This document shows positions 10,258 through 19,530 of a stretch of DNA of 64,000 nt, one piece after another. How positions within the stretch are numbered: position 1 is the stretch's first letter; every line of letters starts with the position of its first letter. The translations under genes and the position numbers were made by a program. The DNA is taken from the NCBI GenBank assembly GCA_049472215.1, contig JBLIRH010000002.1, forward strand, positions 23,815 to 87,814. The letters are read 5' to 3'. The stretch is from Thermoplasmatota archaeon (GTDB taxonomy: Archaea > Thermoplasmatota > Penumbrarchaeia > Penumbrarchaeales > Penumbrarchaeaceae). The notes beneath the pieces were generated by a model, which ran no database searches, was not told where the DNA came from, and worked only from the letters and a program-made list of their open reading frames with translations.

Positions 10258-10839
10258 ATGGTGGTCCAGAAGGTCAAATCCGTGTCCGACACAAGCTTGA
10301 GACCGGGGGCGCAGATCATGATCTCTTCCTCAGGGGAAGCGTTCATCAAGACCTTTACCGAATTGATCGAGAGACTCACCAAGAAAATGGGGAGAAAGGG
10401 GGTACTCATCTCCACCCAATGGTCGGCGAACGCCCTGTCGAGAAGGATCTCTCTCTCAAAGCTTCCCAAAAAGAGCGTCAAGGTGATCGATACTATCTCA
10501 CTATCCATGGGATCGAAGCTTCCCGCGACCGACGATTTCGCATTTCTGTCCACACCGGTCAGCCTTGAATCCATCCTCATGGAGATAGAACGAACCTTTC
10601 GGGGTTCCAACGGAGAGTATACATTCCTCCTTCTGGATTCCCTGACGCATTTGAACAGATATTATACCGAAGGGCAGATCAACGAATTCTTCCACTTTCT
10701 GCTCAGCAGGATGCTGGAAGAACAATGCCTGGTCATCCTGTTCGATCAGGAACCTCCTGGAAGCTCCAGGATATCTGACCAGCTTTCCAACATGATCGAT
10801 CAAACTCTTCAGCTCATGCCTGGAGGTGACCGCAAATGA
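10258..10839 (+). CDS. Degenerate KaiC-like RecA-fold protein lacking Walker A Lys
   Basis: IMISSSGEAFIKTFTELIERL at the expected P-loop; EYTFLLLDSLTHLNRYY Walker B-like; directly abuts the previous gene. Confidence 0.55.
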   Translation: MVVQKVKSVSDTSLRPGAQIMISSSGEAFIKTFTELIERLTKKMGRKGVLISTQWSANALSRRISLSKLPKKSVKVIDTISLSMGSKLPATDDFAFLSTPVSLESILMEIERTFRGSNGEYTFLLLDSLTHLNRYYTEGQINEFFHFLLSRMLEEQCLVILFDQEPPGSSRISDQLSNMIDQTLQLMPGGDRK

Positions 10840-11582
10840 GGCTGATGGTCGGGAACGAGGATGTATCAAAAAGGATCATTTCCAAGGTCGGACTGTCAAA
10901 GTTGATACTCTTCAAGTCCGGCAAGGGAAGCGGGGGGGATCTTCTTCTCAAGCAAATGTTCGAGAACGTTCCTGAGGGAACGAACTCGATCTTTATCTCC
11001 ACACATCAGACGGAAGGGGAGCTGATGGAGGATCTGCTCGACCTGGGGATCGAAAGACAACCTGAACTTATTTCCCTGCTTCCAGTGATCGACCTCAGGC
11101 TATCAGAGGTGGCCAAGAGGGACAGGTTCATCAACGAAGGCATCATGGTGACGGATCTTCTGGAGATCTCGTCTTACTCGAGCGACAGGCCTGCATCTCA
11201 AAATACGCATATGAAGGTCCTCTCGACACTTTCTGATATTTCCTCAAAGCAGGTCCTGCCTTTCAGGATGGTGATAGATACCCTCGTCGATCTGGTGGAG
11301 GAATCCTCCCCCGAGGAGATCATCGACAGATTGAGGATCCTTAAGAGGTCCATAAGGGAAAATCAAGGACTCGTCATCGTGGGGTGCCCCCAGGGATACG
11401 ACGTTTTCCAGGACCTTGAGCAGACCCTTTTCGATGTTATCATAGAGGTCAAGGCGGAGAAGAGGGGTGAAGCATGGTTCAGGACCCTGAGCTTCGCTCA
11501 CATTAAGGGTTCGGGAGAACCCCCGGAGGAATGGCAGATCTCGACAGTTAAGGATATTCCCACAGCTCTTTCCGTTGACTGA
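10836..11582 (+). CDS. Degenerate KaiC-like RecA-fold protein
   Basis: LILFKSGKGSGGDLLLKQMF altered P-loop; overlaps previous gene by 4 nt (ATGA). Confidence 0.5.
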   Translation: MRLMVGNEDVSKRIISKVGLSKLILFKSGKGSGGDLLLKQMFENVPEGTNSIFISTHQTEGELMEDLLDLGIERQPELISLLPVIDLRLSEVAKRDRFINEGIMVTDLLEISSYSSDRPASQNTHMKVLSTLSDISSKQVLPFRMVIDTLVDLVEESSPEEIIDRLRILKRSIRENQGLVIVGCPQGYDVFQDLEQTLFDVIIEVKAEKRGEAWFRTLSFAHIKGSGEPPEEWQISTVKDIPTALSVD

Positions 11583-11725
11583 GAGCGGTAGTTATTCTAC
11601 CAAGGTTCCAAATTGGAGGATAAGCTTATATTCTAATAATTCCGCTCTTTCGATGTATGGAAAAACACCGGGGCAACGGGCAGGTCCACATACACAGCTG
11701 CCTCCCATATTCGGATAAGTTCAAC

Positions 11726-11932
11726 ATGGAGAGTTTCTACTCTTCATACGAGCAGGATAGATGCCCCCGGTGCGGTTCCAAACACATTACCGTTTTCAAC
11801 AATGTGGTCACGAACCCCAAAGATGAGAAGCCCGTCTCCGGAGACCTCAGGTTCGGTACATTAGTGGTCGGTAAATGTCTCAGCTGCGGCATCCAGCTAC
11901 CGATGCGGTTCAAATGCATAAGGGAGGCCTGA
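11726..11932 (+). CDS. Small zinc-ribbon protein
   Basis: CPRCGSKH...VVGKCLSCGI; ATG at 11726 preferred over the track start at 11657. Confidence 0.55.
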   Translation: MESFYSSYEQDRCPRCGSKHITVFNNVVTNPKDEKPVSGDLRFGTLVVGKCLSCGIQLPMRFKCIREA

Positions 11933-11964
11933 ACCAGTTCCCCCCTAATACAGTTCAGGCCTCC
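11923..11964. repeat. Inverted repeat between and within convergent gene ends
   Basis: GGAGGCCTGAAC (11923-11934) is perfectly complementary to GTTCAGGCCTCC (11953-11964), followed by TTT. Confidence 0.6.
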
Positions 11965-12731
11965 TTTCAACAAGGACCGGGATCCTCCTTCTTATCTCCC
12001 TGATCCTTCCTGGATCGATCCTGGCCCTGGCATATCCGCTGCTGTCATCGAGCCTGCAAAGGACATCCCCGAACGGAGCGACGACCATCGAATGACCTCC
12101 CATTGCAGTGGGTCCGTGATCCCCCACACCGCCAACCCCTATGACATAACACTGGTTCTCGATCGCCCTAGCCATGATCAGGGTCTCCCACTGGAATATC
12201 CTGAATGCCGGCCATTGGGCAGGATAGACAAGGATATCCACACCATTAAGCACATGTTTCCTCGCCAGCTCGGGAAATCGTACCTCATAGCAGATAAGGG
12301 GGGCGATCCTTGCCCCTTCCAAGGAAAATTCGGTCAGCGTCTTGCCCGGTGTGAAGAACTCATCTTCCCCCGCCCTTGAGAACAGATGGGTCTTATCGTA
12401 TGTGGCTAATTTCCTGCCGTCGCGGTCCAGGACCATGAACCGATTGTAGAACCTACCCTTGTCATTTATGACCAAAGTGAACATGATCGCAGTGGAATGT
12501 TCCCTGGCGATCTTGCCCATGTAACGAATGGTATCGGGGGCCTTTTTCGAGAGCTCTGGAAGGCTTTCATAGTGGAAACCGGTTGCAAAGACCTCCGGAA
12601 GGACTACAATATCCATCGGCCCCTCCCTGGAAGCGCTTTCAATCAGAGAAGAAGTGCTTGAGAGGTTCTCCTCGATGTTTCCGAGTGAAAGTTTTGGTTG
12701 GACTATACAGACCTCGAGGGGATCTTTCCAT
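11945..12731 (-). CDS. Carbon-nitrogen hydrolase (nitrilase/omega-amidase family); start codon problematic
   Basis: VVLPEVFATGFHY (Glu), YDKTHLF (Lys), ICYEVRFPELAR (Cys) catalytic motifs; no ATG/GTG/TTG lies in frame between the thioredoxin stop and the LEVCIVQPK strand; the given end assumes ATG at 12731 in a +1-shifted frame. Confidence 0.75.
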
Positions 12732-12774
12732 TCCGACTCCGGTATCGTCCCTATCGGATCACCCCTAGGATCAT

Positions 12775-13104
12775 TCAGAGGAGCTCCCTGATCTCCGTGA
12801 TCATCTTGCTCTTGGGGATGAAACCCATCTTTGACTTGATCATCTTTCCGCCCCTGTAAAATGCAAAGGTCGGGATAGACCTTATCCCCATGGACATCGA
12901 TGTCTTCATGTTCTTGGTGACATCCATCTTTCCGAAGGCCACCTGGCCCTTCATCTCCGCAGCAAGCTGTTCGAGCACTGGTGCCATCATCTTGCATGGG
13001 GCGCAGGAGGGGCCCCAGAAATCGACCACGGCTATGTTGTACTTCCTTGTGAATTCATCTATGGTGGAGTCTGTAAGTTCCACCGGTCTATCCGGCCAGT
13101 CCAT
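12775..13104 (-). CDS. trxA: Thioredoxin
   Basis: VVDFWGPSCAPCKMMAPVLEQLA...IRSIPTFAFYRGG. Confidence 0.85.
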   Translation of the reverse strand: MDWPDRPVELTDSTIDEFTRKYNIAVVDFWGPSCAPCKMMAPVLEQLAAEMKGQVAFGKMDVTKNMKTSMSMGIRSIPTFAFYRGGKMIKSKMGFIPKSKMITEIRELL

Positions 13105-13257
13105 GAGAGCACTTCCTTGTTGAGGGTTCCTTATGGAAGTGGTCTATTTATTGTTTTTTTCTGCTTTGTTCATTGAGATTCCAAATGGACCCACCGGGAT
13201 AAGCGGTAAAGGAATAATAGCAACATTACCATACCTGGTAAAAGAGGAATTGATACC

Positions 13258-13458
13258 ATGCAGCTCAAACTGAACATGAAATGCCCGCTTTGCGAGGAGG
13301 AAGCTTCTTTAAAGGTCTACAAGTTCAACGAGGACCATATAAAACAGAAGGCAGAACTCTCGGGCCAGTGCATAAAATGCCCCATGGAGTTCGAGTACGT
13401 GGTCAAGGGGATCGACAATATGATCAAGCTCCGTGAGCTTGTTTTTGAAGAAGGATGA
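13258..13458 (+). CDS. Small CxxC/CxxC putative zinc-binding protein
   Basis: MKCPLCEEEA...GQCIKCPMEFEYV. Confidence 0.5.
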   Translation: MQLKLNMKCPLCEEEASLKVYKFNEDHIKQKAELSGQCIKCPMEFEYVVKGIDNMIKLRELVFEEG

Positions 13459-13548
13459 TTTCGGAAAATTTCTGATCATATGCCAACTATTATTTTCGTT
13501 TTCCGATAATTAGGAAGTTTTTATTATATAGAAAACAATGAAATTGTT

Positions 13549-13704
13549 ATGGATGACATGAGATGTCCTAACTGTAATTCCGGTTTCGTAATCCATTTCT
13601 GCATCGGTACAAAGGAAGGATATATGAACTTCTGTCCGGCATGTCGTTCAAAATGGGATGCCATACTTCCGATCAAGGCCCTGTACGGCATCGGTCATCC
13701 TTGA
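13549..13704 (+). CDS. 51-aa putative zinc-ribbon microprotein, below the cutoff of the ORF track
   Basis: MDDMRCPNCNSGFVIHFCIGTKEGYMNFCPACRSKWDAILPIKALYGIGHP*; AT-rich TTTTTATTATATAG lies about 20-30 nt upstream. Confidence 0.5.
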   Translation: MDDMRCPNCNSGFVIHFCIGTKEGYMNFCPACRSKWDAILPIKALYGIGHP

Positions 13705-13736
13705 GATCGGATTGAAAAACAATTTAACACCAACCG

Positions 13737-13946
13737 GTGTTACGGTCTCCGATGTCGACCATTCCTGAATGGGACGAGCTTGTCTGCATAAGATGCGTTG
13801 CCTGTGTAGGGAGCTGCCCCGTGGGAGCCATGAGATTTTCCAACAACAGGATCCATATGATCGAGGACATCTGCATAGGATGCGGACGCTGTACAAGGAT
13901 CTGTCCTGTCGGGGCTTTGAACAAAGGAGGGGCTTCCGATGCCTGA
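13737..13946 (+). CDS. 2x[4Fe-4S] ferredoxin
   Basis: CIRCVACVGSCPVGA...CIGCGRCTRICPVGAL. Confidence 0.85.
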   Translation: MLRSPMSTIPEWDELVCIRCVACVGSCPVGAMRFSNNRIHMIEDICIGCGRCTRICPVGALNKGGASDA

Positions 13947-15132
13947 TATTATCGAGGTTGACTGCCTCATTATTGGAGCAGGGCCTGCAGGTAGCATAAC
14001 AGCAAGGGAGGTCGCCCGAGGAGGGTGGAAGGTCCTCATGATCGAAAAGAGGCCGGAAATTGGGGTTCCTGTTCGATGCGGGGAAGGCATCTCCAAGGAG
14101 CTATTGGACCTTATAGGACTGAAAAGCAACTCATCTTTCGTTCTATCCGAGATGGATGGTGCCAGGATCATATCACCCGGCGGACATGTCCTCACACTTG
14201 GCCCGGAGATCGCTGGCCCCGAGGTAGGCTTCGTCATCGACAGGGAGAAGTTCGATCAGGAACTTGCAGGTATGGCCGCAAGGGCTGGAGCAGAGATCTG
14301 GGTAAGGGCCGAGGCCGTCTCATATGAGGATACCGGGGATGGTGTTTCGGTCAGGGTCAAAGTTCTTTCCGATACCATCGAGGTCAAAGCCAGGGTCGTG
14401 GTAGCTGCCGATGGATTTGAATCACTGGTCGCAAGGTGGGCGGGAATTGGCACCGATCTTGACCTCAAGGACATCGATACATGCCTGCAGTACGAGATGG
14501 TGGGTGTCGAGACCAGCGGCAATTACACCGAGTTCTTTCTGGGCAGGAAATATGTCCCCGGGGGCTACATCTGGTGCTTCCCCAAGGGGCCTGACACCGC
14601 AAATATCGGCCTCGGCGTGAACGGCAGCATGCTGGAAGGAGTTGCTGACGCAAAAAAGTATCTTGATGATTTCATCGCACAGAACCCAAGGTTCTCAAAG
14701 GGGAAGATCACCGAGGTCAACGGAGGTGGCGTTTCGGTATCCCTTCCTCCGGAAGAAACGGTAGCGGACCACCTTGTGATAGTTGGTGATGCTGCGAGGA
14801 TGATAGACCCGCTTACAGGAGGGGGTATCTACAACGGCTGCTATGCAGCCCTTCAAGCGGGAAGGACCATATGCGAAGCTCTTCAAAACGGAGATACCTC
14901 CAAAGCCTCCCTGGAGCCATACGAAAGGAGGTGGAGGGACAGGTTGGAAATTGAGATGGCGCGGAACTACCTGGCAAAGGAGAAGCTCCTCGAGGTCTCC
15001 GATGAGACACTGGACAAGGTGATCTCGGCCATCTCGGAATATGAACTCAAGGAGATCTCAACCCAGGAGCTTCTCAAGGCTCTTGCTTCGAAATATCCCG
15101 AGGTCATCAGGGAGCTCGGGGACCTTGTTTGA
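13939..15132 (+). CDS. Geranylgeranyl reductase family flavoprotein (probable digeranylgeranylglycerophospholipid reductase)
   Basis: VDCLIIGAGPAGSITAREVARGG Rossmann FAD motif; PVRCGEGIS and LVIVGDAARMIDPLTGGGI motifs typical of the family; overlaps ferredoxin stop. Confidence 0.85.
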   Translation: MPDIIEVDCLIIGAGPAGSITAREVARGGWKVLMIEKRPEIGVPVRCGEGISKELLDLIGLKSNSSFVLSEMDGARIISPGGHVLTLGPEIAGPEVGFVIDREKFDQELAGMAARAGAEIWVRAEAVSYEDTGDGVSVRVKVLSDTIEVKARVVVAADGFESLVARWAGIGTDLDLKDIDTCLQYEMVGVETSGNYTEFFLGRKYVPGGYIWCFPKGPDTANIGLGVNGSMLEGVADAKKYLDDFIAQNPRFSKGKITEVNGGGVSVSLPPEETVADHLVIVGDAARMIDPLTGGGIYNGCYAALQAGRTICEALQNGDTSKASLEPYERRWRDRLEIEMARNYLAKEKLLEVSDETLDKVISAISEYELKEISTQELLKALASKYPEVIRELGDLV

Positions 15133-15183
15133 TGGTCATGGTTCCATTTTAATACCATCTTACCCATACCCGGCCAAGGTGAT

Positions 15184-15657
15184 GTGATGACCACGTATGC
15201 AAAGATTGAGACGAACTACGGTGAAATGGTGGTGAGGCTTGAAACTGACAAGGCTCCGATCACCACTCAGAACTTCATGAAGCTGGCCGATTCAGGCTTC
15301 TATAACGGATTGATCTTCCACAGGGTGATCCCCGATTTCATGATACAGGGAGGCTGCCCGAAGGGCACGGGGACCGGAGGGCCGGGATACAATATCAAGG
15401 ACGAGTTCCACCCGCAGCTCCGGCATTCCAAGGGGGCGCTTTCCATGGCCAACGCCGGCCCCAACACTGGAGGATCCCAGTTCTTCATAGTGACCAAGAA
15501 CGGCGGCACTCCCTGGCTTGACAACCACCACAGCGTCTTCGGTTATATCGTCCAGGGGCAGGAAGTTGCTGACAAGATCCAGGCGGTCCCCAAGGGAGCG
15601 AACGATCGGCCGATCACTCCAGTCCAGATGAAGAAGGTCACCATCTTCCAGCAGTGA
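15184..15657 (+). CDS. Cyclophilin-type peptidyl-prolyl cis-trans isomerase
   Basis: [28 protein letters not shown]...[17 protein letters not shown]. Confidence 0.9.
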   Translation: MMTTYAKIETNYGEMVVRLETDKAPITTQNFMKLADSGFYNGLIFHRVIPDFMIQGGCPKGTGTGGPGYNIKDEFHPQLRHSKGALSMANAGPNTGGSQFFIVTKNGGTPWLDNHHSVFGYIVQGQEVADKIQAVPKGANDRPITPVQMKKVTIFQQ

Positions 15658-15698
15658 TCAACTTCGAGGGGCCAGAACCCTCGGATACGAGGAAACGA

Positions 15699-18353
15699 TC
15701 ACTGCGGAAGCTCTACCTGTGGCGGTGCTTCCTGAGAGGCCCCCTGAGGAGTCTGCTGGGGGGCAGGCGGGATCGTTTGAGGAACCTGAGCTGTTGGGAC
15801 AGTCTGGCCCATAGCCTGGGGTTGCGCAGGGGGAAGCCCTTCGGGCGGCTGTGTCTGGGGTAGAGCCTGACCTTGAGACTGCGGGGCTCCGTACAACTGC
15901 TCGGCTGTCATAGCCTGCGGACCGCCGAAGACCATATCCTCTACGGACTGGTCCTGCTGCGGAATGTACATCGGTTCAGGCTCCTCCTTCTTCTCCTTCT
16001 TCCCGAGGAAGAATATCAGGAAGACCACGATGACCAGGATGATTATCAGTATGATAACGGAGGGGATCACTATCACGATCGGGTTCAAACCTTTCTTGGA
16101 GCCTCCGTTTCCATCCGTGGTCCCGACATTCACCTGGGGGACCTTTGCTCCGAACCCGCCGGAATCCCATGATTTGATTATCGTCACCTGACCTGTGGTC
16201 TTGGTCGCAGTGGTCTTCATGCTGGCGGTCACGTAAATGACGAAATCCGGATTGACGTTCATCTCATCGAGTTCCGCGACGGTGACGGTTATCTCGACCC
16301 CCATTTCCGTATCGAGCTTGCGGATGGCGGGGACCTTGTCAACGAGAGGATAGTATATGACCGATATCTGCCTGAGATCGAACTGCATCTTGTTGTATCG
16401 GTAGTTGGAGGTAGGAACCGGGAAAGAATAGGTGGGAATGTCCGAATCCCTCGGAGCCACCCTGTCCTCGAGGAAATCAGGTTTGAGGAAATATACGTCC
16501 AGGATCGGCTCCTGCTGCTTATCCTGAGTGAAGAGATAGTCCATCTTCTCCCCGAAGTTGATGCGAATACGGTACAACCTCTCGTTACCTGGGTCCCTGT
16601 ATCCTTCAACCGTCCTGATGTCAATGGATTCCTTGGAATCGAATTCCATGAACATCTCCTCCTGGCTTCTGTGGAGGACCAGGGGGTCGGAGACATTATC
16701 ATTGTAGGATTGGTCGATCTCCTTGCCTTCGAAGATCTCACCCAGTATCCTGGTCTTGATCACCTTGATGGTCCTTGTCACATTGGAGTAGAACTCTCCA
16801 TCGGTAACGTTCAGGCCAATAGAATACTCTCCCTCCTTGGCAAAGAGGTGTTCTATTACCATCCCCTCGCCGATCCGTTCGCCATTAATGGACCATCTAT
16901 AGGTCAACTCCTGGCCATGGATCAGGTCGGGGTCAGTGCTCCTCGTTGCATTGAACTCAACAGGCCATGTCGTGTTGTAGACGAAGGTTTCCGAGGGGGA
17001 ATCCATCCTGGCGGATGGAGGATCGTTCTTGTTAACGATATGGAGTGTGAAATTCGAATATATCCTGTAGGGGGTCACGGGGTAGTCACCCCTCGTTCCG
17101 AGTTCCTCCGAAGGCCTGTCGTTCACCCAGGCTGCGACCGGGTAGTCCCCCACGAGCTTGTTTTCGGTCAAGAACTCAAGTGTACCTTTCTTGGAGTCGA
17201 ACTGGTATCCTTCGGTGAATTCGAGCTGGACACCGGAACGCTCGAATACGGTTGTGGTGATATTTGTGCCATACCTCAATACCTGCTCATAATCGGGATC
17301 GACATCCGTGGCGGTGAACTGGATAACGGCCTTAGTGTCCTCGTTGACATAATGGTCGTCGGGGAGTTCCATTACAGGGACATCGTTCACAGGTCCGACA
17401 TACACATAGAGGTCCCCGAGGACATAGGCTCCTTCCAGATCGGAGCAGTTGAAACGGAAATGTGCGAAGAAATCGGACCAGGTCTTGTCCCCGCCCGGCC
17501 GGTAGTTCTTACCCTTCAATCGATCCTGGGTCGGAACGTAAGGGCAAGCCCAGTCAGGTGTGGGGGTGAATATTATGGAAGATCCTTCCGGGTCAAGGTC
17601 TATCGATATGTTCTCCGGGCTTGCAAGGTCGTTCATCGGTGTGTAGGTGTAGAGCAGTGTGTCGTCCGGATCTCGGTTATCCCCGAAGATGTCATCGAGC
17701 TGATCATTGTCCTTGTTGATCCCGTCATAATAGGAATCCTCGTTCATCGCAATGGAAAAGAAATCCTTTTCGGAGATCTGGGTCGGGGGATCGTTCACGT
17801 TCAGTACCTCGATCCAAAGCTCCGCCATCGAGCTGCCCGTGGAGTTCCATGCCGTCACCTTTATCTTGAAATGGTCCTGACCGTAAATATAGGAATTGAA
17901 ATCGGGGTCCTTGCAGGTAACTGTCGCGGTTGCAAAGTTCGTGTCGTAATGGGAGGTTACGAACTTGACCTCGATCGGGGTCGTCGACTTGTCGTATCCC
18001 CAAGGATAGGCGACCTCGAAAGCCTTGTGTGGGTATTGGATCTCCCCTTCCTTCCAGTTATAGTTGGGATCGAAGAAAATATCGAGGGAACCCCTGCCAG
18101 TGCCGTAGAAATACTGACCCGAGAACTCGTTGAAGTCCTCATAGAGAGTGATCTCCACCACCGATCGGTTGACAATTGGACCGACAGCCCTGGTCAGATC
18201 GGCGGCAAGGACCGGAACATCGTCCCCAGAGGCGATGATCAAACCGGAAATGACCATTAGTAGGGATATCGATAAGCCTTTCAGGAACCTGGCATGCGTT
18301 GACATGACCATGCAGAACACCTCGACCCAAAAACGACTGGATACGACCCTCAA
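15699..18353 (-). CDS. Membrane-anchored extracellular protein with cadherin/PKD-like domains
   Basis: Signal-like N-terminus; repeated Ig/PKD-type motifs (PVEFNATRSTDPD...YRWSINGERIG...GEYSIGLNVTDG); C-terminal TM PIVIVIPSVIILIIILVIVVFLIFFLG. Confidence 0.8.
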   Translation of the reverse strand: MRVVSSRFWVEVFCMVMSTHARFLKGLSISLLMVISGLIIASGDDVPVLAADLTRAVGPIVNRSVVEITLYEDFNEFSGQYFYGTGRGSLDIFFDPNYNWKEGEIQYPHKAFEVAYPWGYDKSTTPIEVKFVTSHYDTNFATATVTCKDPDFNSYIYGQDHFKIKVTAWNSTGSSMAELWIEVLNVNDPPTQISEKDFFSIAMNEDSYYDGINKDNDQLDDIFGDNRDPDDTLLYTYTPMNDLASPENISIDLDPEGSSIIFTPTPDWACPYVPTQDRLKGKNYRPGGDKTWSDFFAHFRFNCSDLEGAYVLGDLYVYVGPVNDVPVMELPDDHYVNEDTKAVIQFTATDVDPDYEQVLRYGTNITTTVFERSGVQLEFTEGYQFDSKKGTLEFLTENKLVGDYPVAAWVNDRPSEELGTRGDYPVTPYRIYSNFTLHIVNKNDPPSARMDSPSETFVYNTTWPVEFNATRSTDPDLIHGQELTYRWSINGERIGEGMVIEHLFAKEGEYSIGLNVTDGEFYSNVTRTIKVIKTRILGEIFEGKEIDQSYNDNVSDPLVLHRSQEEMFMEFDSKESIDIRTVEGYRDPGNERLYRIRINFGEKMDYLFTQDKQQEPILDVYFLKPDFLEDRVAPRDSDIPTYSFPVPTSNYRYNKMQFDLRQISVIYYPLVDKVPAIRKLDTEMGVEITVTVAELDEMNVNPDFVIYVTASMKTTATKTTGQVTIIKSWDSGGFGAKVPQVNVGTTDGNGGSKKGLNPIVIVIPSVIILIIILVIVVFLIFFLGKKEKKEEPEPMYIPQQDQSVEDMVFGGPQAMTAEQLYGAPQSQGQALPQTQPPEGLPPAQPQAMGQTVPTAQVPQTIPPAPQQTPQGASQEAPPQVELPQ

Positions 18354-18533
18354 AATGACCCTTCCATTATAAACATTTTGAGTTATCCCTTACTCGCGAC
18401 ACGGATCATGGACGGATATGTGATGCTTTCCTTTTTGAAACCACAAGGACCCTGACCAGATGTCCATAATGATATGGGCAAATCTTAATAACGGTTAGAG
18501 ACGATTCGAGAACAAGCTTGGGGGGGCGAAAGA

Positions 18534-18905
18534 TTGGAACAAGAAAAGGATGAAGAGGTCATCATAAGTCTACCCGTTAAAAAAAGCAGCATCTCGTCGG
18601 TTGACGGGGGCATCGCCAGACTTCATACATCGCACATGGACATGTTCGAGGATGAGGAATCACACATGGTCATTGTCAGATACGGGAAGAAGGACAAGGT
18701 CGTTCGTCTTGTATCGGACAGGTTCGCACCAAAGAATGTCATCATACTCAGACAGGGAGACATGGAGGACCTTGAGGTCGACGAGGGAGACGCAGTGGAC
18801 ATCGAACCTTATCACAAGCTCAAGGACGAGCTGAAGGAGACATGGGAGAAGTTCGCCTCCAGGTTCAGAAAGAAGGATGAAGACGAAGAAGAAAAAGGTG
18901 ATTGA
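18534..18905 (+). CDS. Stand-alone Cdc48-N/VAT-N-like double-psi barrel domain protein
   Basis: SSISSVDGGIARLHTSHMDMF...DRFAPKNVIILRQGDMEDLEVDEGDAVDIEPY resembles the Cdc48 N-terminal barrel pattern; no ATPase domain. Confidence 0.45.
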   Translation: MEQEKDEEVIISLPVKKSSISSVDGGIARLHTSHMDMFEDEESHMVIVRYGKKDKVVRLVSDRFAPKNVIILRQGDMEDLEVDEGDAVDIEPYHKLKDELKETWEKFASRFRKKDEDEEEKGD

Positions 18906-19178
18906 ATGGGAATAGGACAGAGCTTACAGGCCATCTCAGTGACCCACCCGTTATCCATCAACAGGAAGATCGATCAGTACCTCAGCGAGAAGCTGCCCTT
19001 GTTGATGGACGAATACAAGATCGCGGACCGCAACGATGTTGCGGACCTCGACAAGGAATTCGAGGGATTCGAAACCCGGATGGAGGAGATGGACAGGTGG
19101 AAGAAGAACTTCGATGAAAGACTCAGATCCGGCCGGGCAAGGCTCGATCGGCTCAAGATGAAATACGGAGTGAAGTGA
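18906..19178 (+). CDS. Coiled-coil protein
   Basis: EFEGFETRMEEMDRWKKNFDERLRSGRARLDRLKMK; abuts previous gene. Confidence 0.5.
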   Translation: MGIGQSLQAISVTHPLSINRKIDQYLSEKLPLLMDEYKIADRNDVADLDKEFEGFETRMEEMDRWKKNFDERLRSGRARLDRLKMKYGVK

Positions 19179-19179
19179 G

Positions 19180-19521
19180 GTGGTTGTGATGGGTTGGGAT
19201 TGGACGACTTTCTGGTACGTACTCGTGATAGGCTTGTTGTTGGTAGCCCTTGTCCTTGTCATCATCTGGTACTTCCAGCTTTCAAGGAAAAGGAAGAAGG
19301 GACCTTCGCATATCGAACTATATTTCGATGAGAACTTCCGGGGGATAATGAGCGAATGGGACTTCCTCACCAGGGACAAGGTGAAGGATTTCAAGAAGGA
19401 CATGCTCAAGAGGCTCGGCAAGGTGGGGGGCGATATCGACGGGCTTGAAAAGAAGAAGACCTCTCTTGACAAGAGAATGACCGTACTCGAGACCAAAATG
19501 AAGGACCTGGAGGGATTTTGA
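19180..19521 (+). CDS. Membrane-anchored coiled-coil protein
   Basis: N-terminal TM TFWYVLVIGLLLVALVLVIIWYF; C-terminal heptads GLEKKKTSLDKRMTVLETKMKDLEGF. Confidence 0.55.
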   Translation: MVVMGWDWTTFWYVLVIGLLLVALVLVIIWYFQLSRKRKKGPSHIELYFDENFRGIMSEWDFLTRDKVKDFKKDMLKRLGKVGGDIDGLEKKKTSLDKRMTVLETKMKDLEGF

Positions 19522-19530
19522 GGAGGTGAC

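Noticed and set aside
12732-12997. N-terminal extension of the nitrilase-like ORF to ATG 12997
   Set aside because: The extension lies out of frame inside the thioredoxin gene and has no similarity to nitrilases.
13110-13141. CACTTCC...GGAAGTG 7-bp inverted repeat upstream of trxA
   Set aside because: Short stem with an 18-nt loop; could arise by chance, and I have no supporting evidence for a riboregulator.
16671-18260. Long plus-strand ORF (529 aa) opposite the 884-aa surface protein
   Set aside because: It is the antisense shadow of a real gene: the minus strand has a coherent signal peptide, PKD/cadherin repeats and a TM, while this translation has no domain logic.
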